Positions 27,488-32,452 of a stretch of 32,452 nucleotides of DNA are shown in pieces. The position numbers and the translations under genes are program-made. The notes beneath the pieces are model-generated. The model had not been told where the DNA came from, did no database searches, and saw only the letters and a list, made by a program, of their open reading frames with translations. Each line of letters begins with the position of its first letter. Position 1 is the stretch's first letter. This DNA comes from a virus (lineage: Duplodnaviria; Caudoviricetes): the IMG/VR virus record IMGVR_UViG_3300037991_002329, positions 1 to 32,452 of that record, one strand, 5' to 3'.

Positions 27488-27546
27488 CGTATATAAGAAA
27501 TCCAAAACTAAGAATATTAGATGACACACAGGTAGAGAATGGCTAG
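27484..27546 (+). CDS. 20-aa mini-ORF MTYIRNPKLRILDDTQVENG
   Basis: ATGA coupling upstream, overlaps the next start; AAGGA RBS. Confidence 0.5.
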   Translation: MTYIRNPKLRILDDTQVENG

Positions 27547-27721
27547 AAAGTTTGCAAAGGTTCCTAAGTCAAAGAAAGGTGTACCACTAAAGTATTTGTC
27601 TGGCGCAAAGAACCCTAGTGCAAAAGAGGCAGAGATATTGAGGACAAGACGTTTATACAAAAAAGGATTATTAACCAAAGCTATGATGGATGAGATATCA
27701 AGGAGAAGAGCAAATGCCTAA
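27539..27721 (+). CDS. Basic small protein (GVPLKYL motif)
   Basis: 60 aa, K/R-rich; overlapping neighbours. Confidence 0.7.
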   Translation: MARKFAKVPKSKKGVPLKYLSGAKNPSAKEAEILRTRRLYKKGLLTKAMMDEISRRRANA

Positions 27722-27932
27722 ATACCCAGCAAGCTACACAGCAAAATTTAGCAAGTCAACACTTGACAAAGTATACAAGAGAGGTCTTGGGGCATATTAT
27801 AGTAGTGGTTCACGAAACGTATCAGCACAGGCTTGGGCTATGGGAAGAGTAAAAAGTTTTGTAACAGGTAAAGGTGGTGCAAGGAAAGCTGATAAAGACC
27901 TGTTACGTTCCAAAAGGAAAGGATTAGTATAA
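27714..27932 (+). CDS. Basic small protein, DUF5824-like
   Basis: LDKVYKRGLGAY-SSGSR...WAMGRVKSF...ADKDL; start moved to ATG 27714 behind AGGAG. Confidence 0.65.
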   Translation: MPKYPASYTAKFSKSTLDKVYKRGLGAYYSSGSRNVSAQAWAMGRVKSFVTGKGGARKADKDLLRSKRKGLV

Positions 27933-28072
27933 TGCCAGGAACAATGAAAATGTATAAGATGAAAAAGAAATCACCATTAAAAGGTGGTCAAGCAAAGCTA
28001 GACGCAAACAAAGATGGTAAAATTAGTAAAGATGATTTTGCTATGCTGAGAAACAGGAAGAAGAAGGCTTAG
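27932..28072 (+). CDS. 46-aa basic micro-protein with one EF-hand loop (not in the ORF track)
   Basis: LDANKDGKISKDDF; TAATG coupling. Confidence 0.75.
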   Translation: MPGTMKMYKMKKKSPLKGGQAKLDANKDGKISKDDFAMLRNRKKKA

Positions 28073-28074
28073 TC

Positions 28075-28167
28075 ATGGCTTACTACACAAAAACAAAAAA
28101 GACAAAAAAGAAAAAGAAAAAACAAACAGCTCGTTCTGCTAGGAAAAAAGGTTTGATGAGATACTAA
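28075..28167 (+). CDS. 30-aa poly-Lys micro-protein (not in the ORF track)
   Basis: MAYYTKTKKTKKKKKKQTARSARKKGLMRY; TAATG coupling to the next gene. Confidence 0.65.
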   Translation: MAYYTKTKKTKKKKKKQTARSARKKGLMRY

Positions 28168-28736
28168 TGCCACTTATTTTTAGAAAAGTATATGGGGATG
28201 TGAATGGCAAAAGAGAGGTAGTGAGAACTATCAAGATATCTGGTCGTGCTGCAAAAAAATACTCAGAGATGAGAGAAAGACAAAGAGAGCAGAGAAAAGA
28301 AGAAAGAACTTTTAAAAATTTATTGATAAAATTAGCGACACCAAAGATAAATAAAGTAGTAGAAAGTAAAGTGAAAGAGTTTGCATTATCAACAGGTGGG
28401 ACTTACAACGATGAAACTGGCGCAGTAGACATACCTATTGATCTCAATGCCTCAACGCCAACCAAAGAACAATTGAAAGAGTTCCAAGCTGCGTCTGACA
28501 AAAGAAGAGAAGAGGGAACACAAACATCAAGATTTAACGTAGATCTTGGTATGCCAAATTTAGATTTAAGAAGAACTCTAGACGAGAGGAGAAGAGAAAA
28601 CACACTAAGAGACATCCAAAGAGCTAGGGGCGCACAATCAGATTTAACTTCTATGGGGTTGATGGGGGAAGGTGTTAATCTTAATAGAAATATAGATAGA
28701 ACACTTGGGGGATTATTTAACTTTAGGTTATTTTGA
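28167..28736 (+). CDS. Hypothetical basic protein
   Basis: 189 aa; coupled on both sides. Confidence 0.7.
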   Translation: MPLIFRKVYGDVNGKREVVRTIKISGRAAKKYSEMRERQREQRKEERTFKNLLIKLATPKINKVVESKVKEFALSTGGTYNDETGAVDIPIDLNASTPTKEQLKEFQAASDKRREEGTQTSRFNVDLGMPNLDLRRTLDERRRENTLRDIQRARGAQSDLTSMGLMGEGVNLNRNIDRTLGGLFNFRLF

Positions 28737-29008
28737 TGGTAGCTAAAAAATATCAGAATCCAAAAGGTGGCTTGAATCAGGCAGGCAGAGATTTCTTCAA
28801 GAGGAAGGAAGGTAGCAATCTAAAGTCACCACAAAAGACTGGTACTGGACCAAGAAGGGTTTCTTTTGCAGCAAGATTTGCTGGCATGAAAGGACCCCTA
28901 AAGGATGAAAAGGGTAGACCAACAAGACTTGCTTTAGCACTCAGGGCTTGGGGTTTTAGAAACAAAGAAAGTGCTAGAAACTTTGCACAAAGGCATAAAA
29001 AAACATGA
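28736..29008 (+). CDS. Basic small protein, DUF6321-like
   Basis: NPKGGLNQAGR...SFAARFAGMKGP...GRPTRLALALRAWG. Confidence 0.7.
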   Translation: MVAKKYQNPKGGLNQAGRDFFKRKEGSNLKSPQKTGTGPRRVSFAARFAGMKGPLKDEKGRPTRLALALRAWGFRNKESARNFAQRHKKT

Positions 29009-30600
29009 TGAATTTAGACGCAAGGCAAGTAATGGATAGGTCAAAGAAAGCGTTTGCACGAAAAGACCTATGGCGTACCATTTATGAAGATTGCTACAGA
29101 TACGCACTTCCCCAAAGAAATCTTTATGACGGATACTACGAAGGCAATGTACCTGGTCAAAACAAAATGAACATGGTTTTTGATAGTACAGCTGTACATT
29201 CAACCCAAAGATTTGCTAACAGGATACAGTCAGGACTGTTTCCACCATACAAGAAATGGTGCAGGCTAGAGCCAGGAGAGGATATACCTGTGGACAGCAG
29301 GGCAGAGGTGCAGCAAGCCTTGGACATTTATCTTGATAAGATGTTTACAGTATTACGTCAGTCAAACTTTGATTTGGCTATGGGAGAGTTCTTGCTTGAT
29401 CTATGTGTTGGCACAGCAGTCATGCTGGTTCAAGAAGGCGATGATGTAAACCCTGTGCAGTTTACACCAGTACCACAATACTTGATTGCCTTGGAAGAAG
29501 GTCCTTACGGAACTGTGGATAATGTATATCGTAAGTATAAACTAAGAGTAGAAGCAATACAAAGACAGTTCCCTGACGCAGAAATACCAGAGAGTCTAAT
29601 AAATTTAATGGAAAGAAAACCACAAGAACAAGTAGAGCTATGTGAGGCTGTTATTGTGGACCCAGAGCGTAAGGATTACTCTTACCACCTAATTTACGAG
29701 AAAACTGGCGAAGAGTTATTGAAGAAACGCATGGATGAGTCCCCTTGGATTGTATCACGATACATGAAAGTAGCAGGGGAAACTTTTGGAAGAGGTCCTT
29801 TGGTATCAGCTATTTCAGACATCAAAACACTCAATAAAACACTAGAATTACTATTGAAGAATGCATCCATAGCTTGCGCAGGTGTTTACACAGCAGCAGA
29901 TGATGGTGTGATAAATCCATCCAATATTAGAATTACCCCAGGATCCATAATCCCAGTAGCTAGAAATGGTGGACCACAAGGTGCCTCACTCGCACCACTA
30001 CCTCGCTCTGGTGATTTCAATGTCTCTCAGATCGTTATCAATGATTTGAGAATGAACATAAAAAAGACATTGCTAGATGACACGTTACCACCAGATAATA
30101 TGTCTGCTAGGTCTGCTACTGAGATTGTGGAGCGAATGAAAGAATTAGCGCAGAATATGGGTTCTGCTTTTGGCAGACTGATTACAGAAACTATGACACC
30201 AATAGTGACAAGAGTCCTATCTATAATGGATAAAAAAGGAATGATCCAGTTACCACTCAAAGTCAATGGACTAGAAGTAAAAGTTGTTCCTGTAAGCCCA
30301 CTTGCTAAAGCACAAAATCTTGAAGAGATAAATGAGATTATGCAATTTGTACAGATAGCAGGATCACTAGGACCTGGTGGTATAGCTGAGATGAAACCAG
30401 ATGAAATAGCAACATACATCGGTGATAAGTTAGGTATACCTTCTAGCTTGAGAACAACCCCACAAGAAAAACAAGCCATTATTCAGCAGAGTATGCAGAT
30501 GGCAATGCAAGGTCAGGGTATGGCACAAGGGGGTCAGCCACCTGAACAACCACCTATGGAAGAACCAGCTAGCGCAGTAGCAGAAGAGGTTAGTGCATGA
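29005..30600 (+). CDS. Portal (head-tail connector, T7 gp8-like)
   Basis: FDSTA, GLFPP, GETFGRGP, SATEI, GRL and SPLAKAQ motifs; 531 aa. Confidence 0.93.
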   Translation: MMNLDARQVMDRSKKAFARKDLWRTIYEDCYRYALPQRNLYDGYYEGNVPGQNKMNMVFDSTAVHSTQRFANRIQSGLFPPYKKWCRLEPGEDIPVDSRAEVQQALDIYLDKMFTVLRQSNFDLAMGEFLLDLCVGTAVMLVQEGDDVNPVQFTPVPQYLIALEEGPYGTVDNVYRKYKLRVEAIQRQFPDAEIPESLINLMERKPQEQVELCEAVIVDPERKDYSYHLIYEKTGEELLKKRMDESPWIVSRYMKVAGETFGRGPLVSAISDIKTLNKTLELLLKNASIACAGVYTAADDGVINPSNIRITPGSIIPVARNGGPQGASLAPLPRSGDFNVSQIVINDLRMNIKKTLLDDTLPPDNMSARSATEIVERMKELAQNMGSAFGRLITETMTPIVTRVLSIMDKKGMIQLPLKVNGLEVKVVPVSPLAKAQNLEEINEIMQFVQIAGSLGPGGIAEMKPDEIATYIGDKLGIPSSLRTTPQEKQAIIQQSMQMAMQGQGMAQGGQPPEQPPMEEPASAVAEEVSA

Positions 30601-30860
30601 GCAAAACTGGGTGGGAAGGTATAGAGGTTTTGAATGAAAAACCCTTACCTACAAAAGACAATCAGCTTGAACTAGATAAAGCATTCGCTAGAACTTTTGA
30701 AACAGAAGAGGGCAAGAAGGTACTCAAGTACCTAACTGCCAGAACAGTACATCAACCTACTTGGATTCCAGGAGGTGATACTAGCTTTGGCTTTGCTAGG
30801 GAAGGACAAAATAGCATAATAAGAGAAATACAATCTAGAATAGAGAGGGCGAAAACATGA
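30597..30860 (+). CDS. Bbp19-like protein
   Basis: FETEEGKKVLKYL...REGQNSII; lies between portal and scaffold. Confidence 0.75.
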   Translation: MSKTGWEGIEVLNEKPLPTKDNQLELDKAFARTFETEEGKKVLKYLTARTVHQPTWIPGGDTSFGFAREGQNSIIREIQSRIERAKT

Positions 30861-31675
30861 ACGACCAAGAACAAGAACAGATACAAACACAAGAGGGACT
30901 GGTGGCAGATACACCACCCATTCCAGCTGAGCAACAGCAACCTGATGAAACTGAGGTAGAGGTGCCACATAAGGTTGATGACAGTCCAGAGGATCAGATT
31001 GAGCCAGCTTCAGAGGATGAGGTGTTAGAAAAACCAGAGTTTCTAGAAGATAAGTTTTGGGATCCAAAAGAAGGGGTCAAGGTAGAGGACTTGAACAATT
31101 CTTACAAAGAGCTACAAAAACAGTTTTCTATGGGCAAACACAAAGCGCCAAAAGAATACGACCTATCTGTCTTTGAAGGTATCGATGTAGATGAGGATCC
31201 ATTAGCAAAAGAGTTTGTTGATTGGGCAAATGAAAATAAACCCACACAAGAGGCTTTTGACAGACTTGTAGGTAAGTTCCGAGAAATGGCAGATAGTCAA
31301 GAAGAGGCTGAGTCAATAAACATAGAAGAGGAAACAGCAAAGCTAGGACCAAATGCTACACAGATTATCAATGGTATTAAGCAATGGGGACAAGGTTTGG
31401 TTTCTAAAGGCGTGTGGTCAACAGATGATTTTGAAGAGTTCAAAGTTTTTGCTGCAACAGCGAGTGGCATCAACGCATTGAACAAAGTCCGTAAGTATTA
31501 TGGGGAACTACAGATACCTACAGCTACAGTCGAGATGGATGGTATGCCAAGTCAAGATGAGTTGTACGAAATGGTAGCTGATCCAAAGTATAAGTCAGAT
31601 CCAGCCTTCAGGAGACAAGTAGAACAGAAGTTTGCACAGGCGTTTCCTGGTAGTGTAGATACTGGTGAAATATAA
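30857..31675 (+). CDS. Capsid scaffolding protein
   Basis: Acidic; KPEFLEDKFW, SYKELQK and DPKY...DPAF motifs; precedes the capsid gene. Confidence 0.85.
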   Translation: MNDQEQEQIQTQEGLVADTPPIPAEQQQPDETEVEVPHKVDDSPEDQIEPASEDEVLEKPEFLEDKFWDPKEGVKVEDLNNSYKELQKQFSMGKHKAPKEYDLSVFEGIDVDEDPLAKEFVDWANENKPTQEAFDRLVGKFREMADSQEEAESINIEEETAKLGPNATQIINGIKQWGQGLVSKGVWSTDDFEEFKVFAATASGINALNKVRKYYGELQIPTATVEMDGMPSQDELYEMVADPKYKSDPAFRRQVEQKFAQAFPGSVDTGEI

Positions 31676-31678
31676 GAC

Positions 31679-31707
31679 TTGTAATCACTTACAAAATATA
31701 TTATTCT
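31679..31707 (+). promoter_or_regulatory. Capsid promoter with a palindrome over the -35
   Basis: TTGTAA-17bp-TATTCT; TTGTAA-tcac-TTACAA perfect inverted repeat. Confidence 0.6.
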
Positions 31708-31714
31708 TATATCC

Positions 31715-31790
31715 GAGATAACGAATGTTCTATTCGCCTCTGGCTGGTGTGGAAGTGCATCATTTTTTTAGCCGAGGTTCCCTCGATAAC
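31715..31790 (+). ncRNA. Candidate structured 5' leader of the capsid mRNA
   Basis: Three adjacent hairpins flanked by two GATAAC copies. Confidence 0.4.
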
Positions 31791-31833
31791 TAAAGTATAT
31801 TTTTTTTAATTTGTGTTAAACAAGGAGTAAACT

Positions 31834-32452
31834 ATGGCACAGTCAATCACTAATGCTTTTGTTACTTTGTTTGATGCCGAGGTGAAACAAGCCTATCAAG
31901 GAGAATCAGTTCTTCTTAATAGCGTAAGGCTAAGACAAGGTGTACAAGGCAACACTTACAAGTTCCCAAAACTTGGTAAGGGTAGTGCGACTGCTCGTAT
32001 TCCACAGACAGATGTAACTCCGTTAAATGTTACTTACTCACAAGTAACTGCAACAATGAGCGACTTCAACGCTGCTGAATACTCAGACGTATTCCACCAA
32101 GCAAAGGTGAACTTTGACGAGAGGTCAGAACTTGTCCAAGTAGTTTCAAAAGCTATTGGGCGTAGAATGGACCAACTAATCATTGATGCACTAGATGCAG
32201 AATCATCACCATCAACAGTTGCAAATACTGTTGTTACAACTGGTTCAGCAACTGCGTCAAACTTGAACGTAGGTAAGCTAATAGCTGCGAAGAAAGCACT
32301 AGACGCTAAGAACGTTCCGTTTGATGACAGACACATTGTGATTCACGCTAACTCACTATCTGGTCTACTAGGTGATGAGAGAGCAATCTCAAGTGACTTT
32401 GCATCAATCAAAGCTCTTGTTTCTGGAGAGATCAATACATTCCTAGGTTTCA
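31834..32452 (+). CDS. Major capsid protein, N-terminal part (continues into 1-414)
   Basis: AAGGAG RBS; MAQSITNAFVTLFDAEVKQAYQ...AIGRRMDQLII; open to the window end. Confidence 0.93.
   Translation, partial: MAQSITNAFVTLFDAEVKQAYQGESVLLNSVRLRQGVQGNTYKFPKLGKGSATARIPQTDVTPLNVTYSQVTATMSDFNAAEYSDVFHQAKVNFDERSELVQVVSKAIGRRMDQLIIDALDAESSPSTVANTVVTTGSATASNLNVGKLIAAKKALDAKNVPFDDRHIVIHANSLSGLLGDERAISSDFASIKALVSGEINTFLGF
32272..32452. repeat. Terminal direct repeat of 1-181
   Basis: Direct comparison of the two ends. Confidence 0.97.

Noticed and set aside
24851-32336. Minus-strand ORFs inside terL, portal, scaffold and capsid
   Set aside because: They are antisense to well-supported genes.
1-32452. 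tRNA, rRNA, integrase/attP or alternative genetic code
   Set aside because: I saw no cloverleaf or recombinase motifs, and genes tile densely under the standard code using all three stop codons.

Overview
The window is a complete, circularly permuted genome of a small podovirus-type dsDNA phage. Its unit length is 32,271 bp: nt 1-181 repeat nt 32272-32452, and the major capsid gene is split across that junction. Gene order and protein features resemble marine HTVC010P/BPP-1-like podophages, and a marine alphaproteobacterial host is my inference only. The + strand late region runs SSB-like, TerS, TerL, resolvase, GNAT, a block of basic micro-proteins, portal, Bbp19-like, scaffold, capsid, decoration, tail adaptor, nozzle, four ejection proteins, tail fibre, holin-like and membrane proteins, and a metallophosphoesterase. 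A divergent control region at about 18.9 kb drives an ERF recombinase operon leftward and an RHH/DUF6378/HTH-initiator operon rightward. I recognised no DNA polymerase, primase, helicase, integrase, endolysin, tRNA or CRISPR array. The most unusual element is an AT-rich leftward array of 12 mostly tiny genes (20233-23369). Ten of its junctions carry the same 19-nt stop/RBS/start unit (GAAAGGAAATAGAAMAATG), which suggests an integrase-free gene-cassette system. Family assignments come from motif recognition by eye, not database searches.
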